A program made the translations under genes and the position numbers. Positions 50,438-63,200 of a stretch of 63,965 nt of DNA are shown one piece after another; position 1 is the stretch's first letter; each line of letters starts with the position of its first letter. Under the pieces are notes generated by a model that was not told the DNA's origin, did no database searches, and saw nothing but the letters and a program-made list of their open reading frames with translations. The stretch comes from Rhina ancylostomus (lineage: Eukaryota): positions 27,135,882 to 27,199,846 of the forward strand of contig JARFYF010000017.1 in the NCBI GenBank assembly GCA_030265395.1, written 5' to 3'.

Positions 50438-51535
50438 AGAATCAGAATCAGATTTATGATCACTGACATATGATGTGAAATCTGTTGTGTGTGGCAGCAG
50501 TACAGTACAAAGAGATAAAAATCTACAAATTACAAAAACAAATAGTGCAAAGAAAAGGAATAAGGTAGTATTCATGAGTTCATGGACTGTTCAGAAATCT
50601 GATGGCGGAGTGGAGGAAGCTGTTCCTAAATCATTGAGTGTGGGTCTTCAGGCTCCTGTACCTCCTCTCTGATGGTAGNNNNNNNNNNNNNNNNNNNNNN
50701 NNNNNNNNNNNNNNNNNNNNNNNNNNNNNNNNNNNNNNNNNNNNNNNNNNNNNNNNNNNNNNNNNNNNNNNNNNNNNNNNNNNNNNNNNNNNNNNNNNNN
50801 NNNNNNNNNNNNNNNNNNNNNNNNNNNNNNNNNNNNNNNNNNNNNNNNNNNNNNNNNNNNNNNNNNNNNNNNNNNNNNNNNNNNNNNNNNNNNNNNNNNN
50901 NNNNNNNNNNNNNNNNNNNNNNNNNNNNNNNNNNNNNNNNNNNNNNNNNNNNNNNNNNNNNNNNNNNNNNNNNNNNNNNNNNNNNNNNNNNNNNNNNNNN
51001 NNNNNNNNNNNNNNNNNNNNNNNNNNNNNNNNNNNNNNNNNNNNNNNNNNNNNNNNNNNNNNNNNNNNNNNNNNNNNNNNNNNNNNNNNNNNNNNNNNNN
51101 NNNNNNNNNNNNNNNNNNNNNNNNNNNNNNNNNNNNNNNNNNNNNNNNNNNNNNNNNNNNNNNNNNNNNNNNNNNNNNNNNNNNNNNNNNNNNNNNNNNC
51201 TATCTCACTCCTGTAAGACTCCTCATCACCATCTGAGATTCTACCAACAACAGTGGTGTCCATTGACGAATTTATAGATGACGTCTGAGCTGTGCTTAGC
51301 TACACAGTCATAAGTGTAGAGAGAGTAGAGCAGTGGGCTACGCACGCACCCTTGAGGTGCGCCTGTGTTGACAGTCAGCAAGGAGGAGATGTTATTGCCA
51401 ATAAGGAAGTCAAGGATCCAGTTGCAGAGGGAGGTACAGAGGCCCAGGTTTTGCAGCTTGGTTATTAGTACCAAGGGAATGATGATGTTGAACACTCGAC
51501 TGTAAGCAATAAACAGTAGCCTGACACATGACCAA
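50438..51535 (-). mobile_element. Rex1/Babar-like LINE, 5'-truncated, containing a gap (50679-51199)
   Basis: RT motifs [30 protein letters not shown] and frameshifted KF(AD)[10 protein letters not shown]-terminal LPSERRYRSLKTHT, and an (attctg)n tail at ~50438-50452. Confidence 0.9.
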
Positions 51536-54500
51536 GTGGTCTCAGAAACAACTTCATTGGGCAATCCCAGATTAAGTTCACCAAAGAATCTTGAATTGGG
51601 ATCTCTATAGGGAAACTCCCAAACTGACCTTCGATTCTTTGAGCTCTCACTCATATGGCCCTGACCGCCAACCCCACCCCACCCCTGAAGAACAGGCCTC
51701 AACCTCCCAAACTTGTTCTTGACTCCCAAGACCTAAACCCATGATGGAGGCCACAATCTTCTCATACCCCAGTTACTGCTTTATAATACTGACTGTCATT
51801 TCATTGTAAATGGTACAAGAATGTCAAAGAAAGAGCAGGTATATGATCAAATGTGATTAACACAGGACCTGATATTGATTGTAGATCCCACCCTCCATAT
51901 TCCTCCCGGCTGGCAGACTATCCCTCTCCACCTGTCACTTATCTTCTCCACCTACTCGAGCTTAGGACCCTTTCCTGACCATTGAAGTTCCCTTCTCCCT
52001 GAGCCCCTGGACCTGACTCAGGCCCTGGGCAGCATATATTCAATAACAAAAATGTGTATTGTCTTTTCAGTGTCTCCCAAGCCTTGAAGTTTGAAGGGGC
52101 AGGCCCACACCCAAAATAATCATTTCCCGGACCCACTTGGTCCACTGGAATTTCGAGACTAACTACCTTTCATTTCTCTTCATTTTTTCCTTTCTTCATC
52201 CAATCTTTCTGTCCCTCTCCATCGATATGCCCAATTTGATATTGAATTCACTCATTAATCATTTCATTTCAGTTGTGTTATATTTATTGCAAATCTAACC
52301 ATTGAAAATCATTTCATTCAACCTACAGCAACACAATCCTAAAACTTCATTAAAGTTCACAAAATTTGTAGGAAGTATAGTTTGCTCATGGAGACTGAGG
52401 GGACAAATAAATTGTATTGGAAAGTGAATATAATGCTTCAAATCAATATTGAATGATTGCATTTGGTATTGGTGCATAAAATTAGAAATTATGTTGCCAA
52501 ATCCAGCAATTCTCAAGGTAGTTCATCAATCCCATTGAGAAAGCAGCCGTTCTCAAAACAGAACACTCACTGGAAACACACACCAAAACCTTGAGAATAT
52601 TTGTAACAAGAATCAATAATACTACCTTTTCTTGAAATTAGTTCAAATTTTAGAAGCAAAAAATACCCTGATAAGTGAAATATTCTCCTCAGTTGTCCCA
52701 ATCAAGTTACATTATAGTTAATCTCATTTTTATAAAAAGATTTCCTTCTCTGATAACAGACATTACACAATATCTTAAAGTTACCCTGGCATATTCTTAT
52801 ATAAAATTAATTTACATCAGGAAATTCCCAGCAGGGCCCTACCTTTCATTCATTCCTAACAAGTGATCTAGCTGCCAGTTTTGACAGACAAGAAGTTTCT
52901 GTGAAGGCCCAGTTTTGTTTATTAAGCTTATCTTCTGGTTTATTCATTTTCTATATTTTATTTAGGATGAAAAGATAACTAAAAATGGCAAAAGACAAGT
53001 GCCAATCAACAAATACTCTTAGTTTTGTTCTCGAATTACAAATATAGGTTATGAGCTTACAACCAAATTACATTAATTGCAACTAGCCCATGGGAGCTAA
53101 GATATATACTAAATCAAAAATAAACCATTTAGGCTTATTTCTCCAAATGAGCTTTAAATCTATTAATGTACAGTGAATTATAATATTAATAATCACGACA
53201 CCCATATGATGTATCTTTCACATAAAGGACAGCACCATCCTTTTGGTCCACTGACAGTGTTGAACAGTATGTTATTGATAGAATTTGAGGCAGCTCAGCT
53301 TTCAATTCATCCCTGACGATCGGGATAAGGAGAAAGTTTGGTTTTCATTCAGTAATTCTTGCACAGTTGAATACCTCTGCAGAACTAACTCATATAGATG
53401 CCAGAATAATTTGGATAAGAGGCATACAGGTTCAGAGAGTGTAACAGGCTCACAGGGCTAAGAGGAAACCTCACACATTTGGAAATAAAAAACCTATAAT
53501 GAGGTACTAATGTGTATAAATAGTCTGTTGTCAACTAGTCTCATAATCTGTGCCTGTGCTTAAAAGAGAATTAACAAGATGATGCAGTTGCTGCAGCTTT
53601 TGCTATGGCCAATGAATTTGAAACCAATTTGGTGGATGCATCTTACTTGGTCAAAAAGCTCATGGAACAATTCAGTGTCTCTTTCTTGGGGGCCACAATT
53701 GCATGGCAGTGCCTCAGATCTTCAAAGATTACAATGCATGAACCTGACTTCCATGTGACCTATAACAAGTCATTCAAGAGGAAAGTAAGAAATAATTGCT
53801 GTTTTCTCTTTCTGTGCTGTATTGCTATAACGATTGTGCATAACAGATTGAACAAAGTGCTGTTGTGACAGGTGGTAGAATTCAGCTAGTAAGCACAGAG
53901 ACAGGGTTCAATTTAGTTTGGTGAATCCTTTAATTGTAGTGTGGTTAATTAGAGAAGATTCTTTACACTCAAACGTGTTTACACTCACTAGTATGAATAC
54001 ATGAATGATTAAATTGTGGCTTTAAAGGCACGGAACTACAGAAACAACAACAAAAAATCTACTGCCGATAAAGCAATATATTTTCCAGTTTTACATAGTG
54101 TTATTTTCAATTAAAAGATTTCACAAACCCTTTGAATCAAAAGTTGAGCTAATTAGAAGAGAAAGCCACACCTATTCTAATGTTTATATTTCTGGTTTGT
54201 AGTCATCATAAAAGCAGAACAACAAGCTAAAGTAATTTACCAATCTCATTCCTTGCCATATATTCATTCTGTATTTTAATTGAACTTCATTTCCAGTCTA
54301 TTATAGCCATTGACTCAGTCAACTTCCTGCTTTATATTTAATACAACCAATCAGGAAAGCAGATATAACTACAAAGTTACAGTTTTACATATCTGAAAAC
54401 CATTTATCTGATTTACAGCCATCATTAGCTGATCAGAGCATCTACTCTCATTAATTGCACATTATACTTTCTTACTTTGGGCAAGAAATATATTCACATG

Positions 54501-55359
54501 ACAAGTCTGAAACATTAAAAACAACATCTTTGTAATGTTTTAGTTTCACTGTTTACATATAAAGATAAATGGCTTTGAAAGAATGTTGTTATAGTGACTT
54601 GATAAGTACAGCACCAGACGCTTGGGCTCTGAATAGGAGAGTCAAAGTTGAAGTTCCAGTCTTCATTGACATTTTAACTAAGCCTTTCCCAAGGGGGAGC
54701 ATTTTGTAAGTTTGAGTCAAGTTATCGGTGTGAAGCGGGTTGGGGGGTGGATGGGGGGGGCGGAAGTACTGGTTGGGAATATCCGTATCACAGTGCTGAA
54801 GTACAGATTCAAAGATTAGCATTGACAGTGATCACTGACAACTTCATGAGGCTGTTCTGCCCTACTCTTACAACACAAGCTAACCTAACTGAGGTAGACA
54901 ATAGAAGGAAATAGTGAAGGAAATGATAAAATGCAGTGAAAATTATTCTAGATAAATAAAAGGCTGTTTTCTTACATTTACTTTTCAGCTCTGAAGTTCT
55001 AAGATCCTTCCTGCCTTTCCATTTTGTTCTTTTATTACCCTTATATCAAAAAAATGGTGAAATGATCTTATACTTTTTGATAAACAATTTCACTGCCATT
55101 CCATATTAGCCAACAATCAGGGCTTGGCAGGTTTAAATAACCAACGTTCATGTGAACAGATTGAGTATGTGATTCACTCAGTTCAACATCAAAGTACAGG
55201 CACGGCTAAGTCTCACAGCTGTGTTTGTTATCAGGAAGACAGAAGGCCATTTGGTCCATCTTGCCTCTCTGGGGTTAATTCTCCTTCAAGTTGCTGCTGT
55301 TACTTCTCTGATATCTGCTCTTTCCCCTGATCCTCAATAATTGTCCCTGTGTGAGTTTA

Positions 55360-55620
55360 CAAATGCAACTCAGTTCTGAGAAATGCTGTACTATCAGAAG
55401 TGTTCCCTTTGGGATGAGATCTTAATGTAAGATTCTTTATTTCAATACAGGCAGAAGGTTCAACCTTTTTGTGGTGTATGTAAGTTTGTGATGTATATGT
55501 ATGACATATCTTCACATGCACAGAGTAGTTGGAGAGAGTGGAATAAAAAGGATGCAGAAGTTTTGTCCATACCTCTCTGTGATTCATTATATTCCTGGCA
55601 GTATATTCAATTAGAACAAG
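55360..55620 (+). mobile_element. Possible DeuSINE-like remnant
   Basis: cagttctgagaaatgctgtactatcagaagtgttccctttgggatgagatcttaa resembles the reverse complement of 45745-45790 and 46455-46500. Confidence 0.4.
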
Positions 55621-56449
55621 AACCCTGATACGGGGATAAAGAAAGGGGCTCACATAAAGGAAAGAATATAATTGGCTTTGAGTCAAGTAAGACTAACATG
55701 TGAACTTACGTTGTTGCTAACCACAGCAAAGGTTTGAGACATCAGCATTATTGTTGATCACTGAGACAGCTAATTCTAAGTATGAGCAAGTGTAGGCATG
55801 TGAGAGAATACCAATCAAGAAGGGGGACAGTGTAGGTTGAGAAACTCCTGGACATATACTTTGGGTGAGGACTGACACCACACTTGCAGAGAACAGTGAG
55901 GCAACTTGGATCAACTTTGGGTGTCTTTGCACTGGTATAAGATAGCTCCCAATCTTATCTAATGGTGCTGGAATTGTATTAAGAAAGATATTCTAGTTAG
56001 TTTCATGAGTCAGATGGTGCAGTTATTGAACTAAATAGACATTGAAATGGTTGGAAACTGTATGCACTCTTGTGTAAGATCTTACTTTTCAGCAGGAACT
56101 GCGTCAGAACATGGTTGCTCAGACTCAAGTTGGTTACTTCAGAAATCTAGGTGTATATGATCAGGTGCAAGAACCTTTCAGTTCATGCATCGAAGGGACA
56201 GAAATGTTCTTTGGAGTAAAACCCTGCATGCAGGAGCACAAGAAAGCCAACTGTTTTTTGAAATGAGTTCAGAAACATACAGTATGTTAGTAAATCTCCC
56301 AAAAACATTGGAGTAAAAGGTGCTTCAGTTAACAAAGTGGTGTACTTTATCCTAAACACTCAGAAGTTGAACAAATTCAGTACAAGAACTGTAGTCACGT
56401 GAGTGTATCAACGAGAATATTGTCTACTTGAAGGACGTATCTTCGTACT

Positions 56450-56775
56450 GAGCATAGTGGAATGGTGTCATGACAACAACCTTTCCCTCAATGTCAACAA
56501 AACAAAAGAGCTGGTCATTGACTTCAGGAAANNNNNNNNNNNNNNNNNNNNNNNNNNNNNNNNNNNNNNNNNNNNNNNNNNNNNNNNNNNNNNNNNNNNN
56601 NNNNNNNNNNNNNNNNNNNNNNNNNNNNNNNTACCTGTACTACATCAATGCACTCTGTACTAACCCAATGTAACTGCACTGTGTAATGAATTGACCTGTA
56701 TGATCGGTTTGAAGACAAGTTTTTCAATGTACCTCGGTACAAGTGACAATAATAAACCAATACTAATACCAATAC
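56450..56775 (+). mobile_element. Rex1/Babar-like LINE fragment spanning a gap
   Basis: EWCHDNNLSLNVNKTKELVIDFRK lies before the gap. The 3' UTR after it ends gtgacaataataaaccaatactaataccaatac. Confidence 0.85.
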
Positions 56776-57395
56776 TGCTATCTTGCCATTTTCTTAGACA
56801 GTGGGCTGTATGACAGATTTTGTGGTTTAATTGATCAGTGAACTCAATCAAAGTTATTAAGTACACAATCTCACTTTTGACTTTGCCTGCAAAATTGCAA
56901 TGTTTATGGAAATAGCTTGAGAAATGCTGAAGAATTTTGTTCAGTGGAGACGAGAAATACAACAGCAGTTTCCAGTTACAGAGCGGTTCTGAAGGCTGGA
57001 ATTCCAAAGCAGAATCCAAACCATTTGGGTCAGGTTGGTATGTGTAGCTACTACAGATATAAAAAAGCCATCCACCTCATAGTTATCAAATCAAAATTAG
57101 AAAATCTTTTACCTGTCAGCAAAAAAAAGCACATATCTTCAATGTGCATCCATTAGCTAACAGAGCTGACCAAAACAACTCTAACTATGCAACTTCTTCA
57201 CAGAAGAGAAAGGTTCAGAGTTGAAACCTGAGAGGGAAAATCTACACATTACTAAAGTAAGTGGGAAGTATGGGGAACTGGGCTTACATTCTGTTTACAC
57301 CACAAGTGTCACTGCTGGAAAGCAGAATAACCTCAAGGCAAAAGTATTGTTCAGTGATCAGCACATCAACATGAGCATTGACAAGGCAGTAGATA

Positions 57396-57490
57396 CATAT
57401 AAAATAACAGAAGAAAGTAAGAGCAGGAGCAGGCCACTCAGCCCCTCAAGCCTGCTCTACTATTCAATGTGATCATGGATGAGCTGCCCC
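57396..57490 (-). mobile_element. CR1 3' tail fragment
   Basis: gagcaggagcaggccactcagcccctcaagcctgctctactattcaatgtgatcatggatga. Confidence 0.7.
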
Positions 57491-58599
57491 AGAAAGTAAG
57501 TACATTAGGCCATGTACCAGTAACTTTCAGGCATATTACTGTGCCTGAATGTATGTCGAAAACTTGTACATGATATTTTGAATTATGGAGGAGCTGCTGC
57601 TATTAGTCATGTGACTGACATGATCAAGGGAAAACAGTTGCTTTTGCATAACCTACATTGACAAAGAGTGAGAAAGAGGCATTAGAAATTGATACTAGAG
57701 TTTCAATGATTCCTATTGATCAAAGATCTTCAGCTTTAATTAGCAATTCTTGGTCCTAAGTCAGTGGCACTGATGATGGTTGCACTGAGAATCAAAGGTA
57801 AACCAATCTCTTCTCTCAATATGATTGTACATTCAAATGTAGAACTTTGAAACATAATGTGATTGCAAGTGCACAGTCCAAGTTACTGTATCAGCATTCA
57901 GACACTGGGTATGAAAGCATGATCTTCACATTGAAAATAATAGATGACTTTCCCTTTCCAGCAATGGAGATTCTCCAGAATATGCAAGAGAGTATATGAA
58001 CATAATTTGAAATGATGTACTCAGTCAGACAAAGGTCCAGATGAAGCCATCAAATCAGACTACAGCCAATGATCTGAGTGCTGACAGAAGAAGGCTGTGT
58101 TAAATGCAGATCCAGAGCTGCCGTATCAAGTGTGTTGAGAAAACAGATTTTAGAGTTTCACACTGAAATTGTGGTACTGTGAGCATGAAGACAATTGCCA
58201 GTAGTTTTGTTTATTGGTCTGGGTTAGATCTTGAAAAGCTAGTAGATAAGTGAAGTATCTGTCAAGAATACAAAGCCAAACCCTGCTCAAGTTAAGAAAT
58301 AGATGACACATTCCTTTGGGAAGATCAAAGACACTCAGAAAACCCATAGAGATACTAAATCTATAAATAATGTGAATATGTGAAGTACTCTCTTTTCAAA
58401 TGGAGAAAGCAGTGTAATGTATGTAATTGCATGATGTATATGTATGCGCACACGTCCAGTGCAGATGGAGAGATGGAGTAAACAAGCTGCCTTTGTTTTA
58501 GCAGTTCTCCATGTCTCATAGTGATTCAATATATTCCTGACACAACACACCATTAGAAGAAGAATCCATACATGCTCAGACTCTTAAAAGAAATGGAGG

Positions 58600-59790
58600 G
58601 AACTTTCATGGTTTAAATTATTGGTTGAATTTAATTTTAGAGGTGAAGTGAAAATGACCACAATTGACATCAAGGTAGCATTGGACTATGTGTGGTTAAG
58701 ACATCTTAGCAAAGTCAATGGTCATCAAAGTGAAATACTCCAGTGGCTGGAGTCATTTGATGCACAGAGGAAGATGGCCATGATTGATGGAGATCAGTCA
58801 TCCCAAGCCCAGGAATCAATGAAAGAGTTCCTCTGGACAGTNNNNNNNNNNNNNNNNNNNNNNNNNNNNNNNNNNNNNNNNNNNNNNNNNNNNNNNNNNN
58901 NNNNNNNNNNNNNNNNNNNNNNNNNNNNNNNNNNNNNNNNNACAGTGTTCTGGGCTCAAATATCTTCAGCTGCTTCATCAATGACCTTCCTTCCACCACA
59001 AGATCAGAAATGAAAATGTTTGCTGGTGATTGCATGATGTTCAATTCCATTCACAGCTCTTTAGCAAATGAAGCAGCCCATGCCTGCATGTAGCAAGACC
59101 TGGCAATCTTCAGGGATGGGCTGATAAGTGGCAAGTAACATTCACACCAGGAAAGTGCCAAGCAGTGACCATCTCCAATGTTGTACTAGTGTTATGTTTA
59201 TTTTGTTGTTTACTTTGCGCAGGTGTTATGTATAATTTATGTTAATTTAAGTCTATGTTAACTTAAGTTTGTTCTCATCTTGTAATGTGCTGTACTGCTG
59301 CTGCAAAAAAGCTATTTTTCATGTCATTTATACCCTGTGTATGCCTAATGCCTATGACAACAAAAAGCAAACTTGAACTTGAGCATCCAGTCACCTACCC
59401 TTCACATTCAATGGCATTACCATCACCAAGTCATACCATCATCAATATCCTAAGAGTTTACCAGTGACCAGAAGCTCAGCTAGACCAGCCACATAATACT
59501 GTGGCTATGAGAGCAAGTCAGGGCTGGGTATTCTCTGGGAGTGATTCAGTTCAAGCCTTTCAACTATCTACAAGGCACAAGTCAAGGCATAATGGAATAC
59601 GGTCCATTTGTCTGAATGAGTGCAAAGCCAACAACTTCTTGTAAGTGTGACACCATCCAGGACAATGCAGCCATTTGATTGACTCCATCAAAATTCTTTC
59701 CCTCCATCACTGATGCACAATGCCTGCAGTAAATCCCATGTACAAATGCACTGCAGTTACTTGGCCAGGTCAAGCAATGCCCAGATCCAA
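58600..59790 (+). mobile_element. Old CR1-like LINE RT region, decayed, with a nested insertion
   Basis: Motifs IDIKVALDYVW, ILQWLESF..QRKM, IFSCFINDLP, MFAGDCMMF (FADD equivalent) and WADKWQVTFTPGKCQ. Confidence 0.8.
59179..59381 (+). mobile_element. Short 3'-UTR-only LINE insertion (Rex1-like tail)
   Basis: T-rich segment ending tgacaacaaaaagcaaacttgaacttga, similar in style to 16270-16450. It splits the host LINE between gaccatctccaa and atccagtcacc. Confidence 0.6.
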
Positions 59791-61089
59791 AAGATTAATA
59801 TTTTAAAAAAAGAAAAAAATAATGCATGGCTTCCACCCAGATTTCAGCTTCATGCCTCTGACAAACTAATGATAGAAAATTCCTCCCAAAAGTATATTTA
59901 CTTAATTTGCCCCAACTGTGCCTAAACAATTATTACTTTCTATGGAGCTACTGTGCATGGGACAGAGGCATTACATTTTATAAATAATTCAGTGGAAGAT
60001 TTGAGATCTTGTAATGTTACTTCAACAAAAAATAGTGTAAGAGAGGCGGCTTGAGAAGCAAGATTCCACTTCTAGTGTGTATGCTGCACTCTGAATGATT
60101 ATGAGCTTGGGATCAGTTCTGTAGTGTTGTATCTAGATCGCCAGTGTCTTTCTCTGCAGGAACCAATGACTCGGGGCATGAGTGAAGTGATGATGGCAGG
60201 ATCACAAATATTCTCTTCATGAGAGAGAACAGTTGAGTCATGCTTCCTGGAGCCACAGCCACTATCCTGGGACTGTCTCAGTTTTCTTGGTAATCCATTG
60301 GAGGAGAATTTGCTGGATGTCTGTAGAGTCCAACTCATGTTTTGAACTGTATAAAGAGAATTCAGAGTTTGCACGGCAAAAACGGAGAGCTTCCACTGCA
60401 GCAGCCAGGCACTGAGTGTTTTTTCTTCTGCTGCAATGGAAACTGTGATGTTGGTCATTTGAACTCTGCATTATGCTTAGGTCTACAATTGTGCTGATGG
60501 GATTGCCTATGTCTTCCCCATATTGGAAAGAATGAGCTCCAATCTCCATGTAAAGCCATGTGCAAGGCTGATGTTGTATTCTCACACTCTCCCTGGCATT
60601 GAATACAGTCTTTCTGGTGGGCTTTTCATAGTATCAAGCATTTCATTGGGCATACTGACAGGCTTTTCTGCCAAGTTGGCCATCCATATCTGAATCCTAT
60701 ACAGTGGAACTCATGGGGAAGTTCATCCTCCATGGAGCTGGTACTCATCCTATGCTCTCCCTGCCCTGACTGCTTACAATTCCTGACTGGTGTCTCGCAG
60801 GTGCAAATCTCCACTGTACACTAATCACTAAATCATATGCATTGTCAATATCTGAGCTGTTGACTGCAGGAATTAAATCAAATGATCTTGCTCATTTCTT
60901 ACTGCCTGGCCATCCGAAAGAAGGGTAACAATTGAGGTGAAAGAAGGTGGGTAAAATGAAAAGTGCAGACTTCCAGCATTCACAGTTTATAAATCATAAG
61001 AGGTCATCAGTCAGTCATAGCTTCATAGACTAGTGGGACTGAATGCCATAACTACTCCCAATTCCTATGCAGATTTTTTTCTGGAGTGA

Positions 61090-61222
61090 GTTCTGGTGCA
61101 GGGTCTTGACCTAAGGCTTCGACATACACCTTTTGCCTCCACAGATGCAGCTTGAACCACTGAGTTCTCCCAGCCTTCTATTTTTTGTTCCATTTCCATC
61201 AGCTGCAGCCTTTTTTGTCTTT
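61090..61222. mobile_element. Short Penelope-terminal-repeat-like element
   Basis: GTT-CTGGTGC-AGGGTCTTGACCT-AAGGC-TTC-GAC followed by the family arm ctccacagatgcagcttgaaccactgagttctcccagc. Confidence 0.7.
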
Positions 61223-61224
61223 TG

Positions 61225-61672
61225 TAGTCATCAAATCATACTGCTCTGAAACAGGCCTTTGGGCCACCATGACCATAATGAACATCAATCAGCTACTGAC
61301 ACCAATCCATTTACCATAGCTTTCTGTGCCTTGGTGATTCAAGTGCTCTTCTAGATATTTCTTAAATTGTGTAACCATACCTGCATCCACCACCCTGTCA
61401 GACAGTGTGTTCCAGATCCCTACCACCATCTGGGTGAAAAAAATCTTCACCATCTCCCTCCTAAACCTTTTACCTTCACTCGAAACCTATGTCCCCTGGT
61501 TTTTGACATCTCAGTCTCCTGCACTCCAGGTAAAACAAGTTCNNNNNNNNNNNNNNNNNNNNNNNNNNNNNNNNNNNNNNNNNNNNNNNNNNNNNNNNNN
61601 NNNNNNNNNNNNNNNNNNNNNNNNNNNNNNNNNNNNNNNNNNNNNNNNNNNNNNNNGCAACATCCTGGTGAA
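61225..61672 (-). mobile_element. HER1/CR1-like LINE 3' end with a gap
   Basis: MSKTRGHRFRVK and FFTQMVVGIWNTL on the minus strand, with tail tgaaacaggcctttgggccacc. Confidence 0.8.
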
Positions 61673-62407
61673 GGTGGGATGTGAGAAAGAGGATTAGTTA
61701 GAGGCATTCCATCATTTATTGCTTCAGTTCTCTAATGGTCTTGGTCTCTATAGTAGTCACTCCATTCACTATCTTTTCCACATGGTATTCAGCCAGGATT
61801 ACACCCGAGAGTACATAATATATCAATCTACCTTGTCAGAGAGAGGGAAGTGTGTCAGTGTGTCTCACACAGTGGGTTTGTGTGATGCGCCTGTTTTGAA
61901 GAGCTGTTGGGATATTCAAGGATTGAAGTATTGGTGTGGGGCTTGCCAAGTGTGAGAATGAAATTAATCTATCAATGTTAGGTACAAGCATTAACAGATA
62001 TTGATGGTGGTAGATGAGAGGTGGGGGTAAAGTGCTTTAAGCCATTGTCAGAGCATAGATATATGCAGTGATCTTGGTCACATGTGTGAGCTCATTGATT
62101 TATTTGCAAACCCCACCCCCCCCCATCCAGCTCCTTGGAGCTTGACTTGTGGGACAAAATGCCATAGCAACTTCCACTGCTTTTGCCAAGTTTCTCTGGA
62201 GTGTTTCCAGATGCCCTGCAGAATGGCTACATCTCTTCTCGCCACATCCTCCATGAAAGTCCTAAGTTCAATTTACACAAATTGGAGGCCACAATTCACT
62301 AGACACAGTCCATTCTCCCTGCAATAGGCGTAGGCTAACTTTAAGTGGTGCCAGCCACTGATGATACTGGTGGCTCTGCTGTTTCATATAGCCAATAAAA
62401 CACAAGC

Positions 62408-62494
62408 ACAGTCCAGATGAAGAGTCTTAACCCAAAACATCAACTGTCTATGTCCTTCCATAGATGCTGCCTGAAACACTGAGTTCCTCCAGCG
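62408..62494. mobile_element. Short Penelope-terminal-repeat-like element with hammerhead layout (plus strand)
   Basis: ACAGTC-CAGATGA-AGAGTCTTAACCC-AAAAC-ATC-AACTGT followed by tccatagatgctgcctgaaacactgagttcctccagc. Confidence 0.75.
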
Positions 62495-62559
62495 TTTAAA
62501 TCTTTTCCAATGCCCACCTGATAATCTCTTCCTGTGACAGAGCTCAGAAGAGTGTCTGC

Positions 62560-63200
62560 TTCAGCAGTCTGGTGTCAGGGAATGCAATCAAAGTGGCCTG
62601 CCCAATGAACCTGACTGAATGTAATTAGAGCCTCAGTGTTGCCAATGTGTCCTGGTGTGGTGGCTGTGCTGGTGAATGTAATGGGTTGGTGAAGTTCATT
62701 GTGGATGACCTCCTTTACTGAGAGGTGGCTCCAAACATAGTTTTTCCAGGATTTCATTGTAGGCAGTAGAGAGAGGGACCTAAGGTTCACAGGACAGAAA
62801 TTAAGCCTCTGCATTCTAGAATAAGCTTGGAATAATGAGGAGTTTGGGCTTATGAGACCAAACGTGCTTTATAATATAGTCAAATCGTATCAAGTGGTGA
62901 AAGGTTAAACTAGCTGTCTGCCAGCTCCATGATACAGAGAGGAAAGCAGTATTGGGAGAATGGCCAGGGTGAGAGAAATTAAAGGCTTTAATGAAAACCA
63001 GGGTAACAAGGGAGGGGACAGGGGTTTGGTTAAGCAGATCAGTAACAACAGAAATGTTCTTATAAAATGAAGGGCTCAAGGTAGCCTCAGATTCTGAGAG
63101 CACAGATGTAAGTGAAGTGACGATGTTAGTTTCCCAACAACAATACAAATAATTTGAAGGGGTAGAAAGCATTTTTGGATGATTAGATTCAACTAGGAAA
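62560..63200 (-). mobile_element. Possible very old LINE RT remnant
   Basis: FSHPGHSPNTAFLSVSWSWQT...IKHVWSHK loosely resembles the non-LTR RT region GFRPGHST..AL...D...AFD.V.H. Confidence 0.35.
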
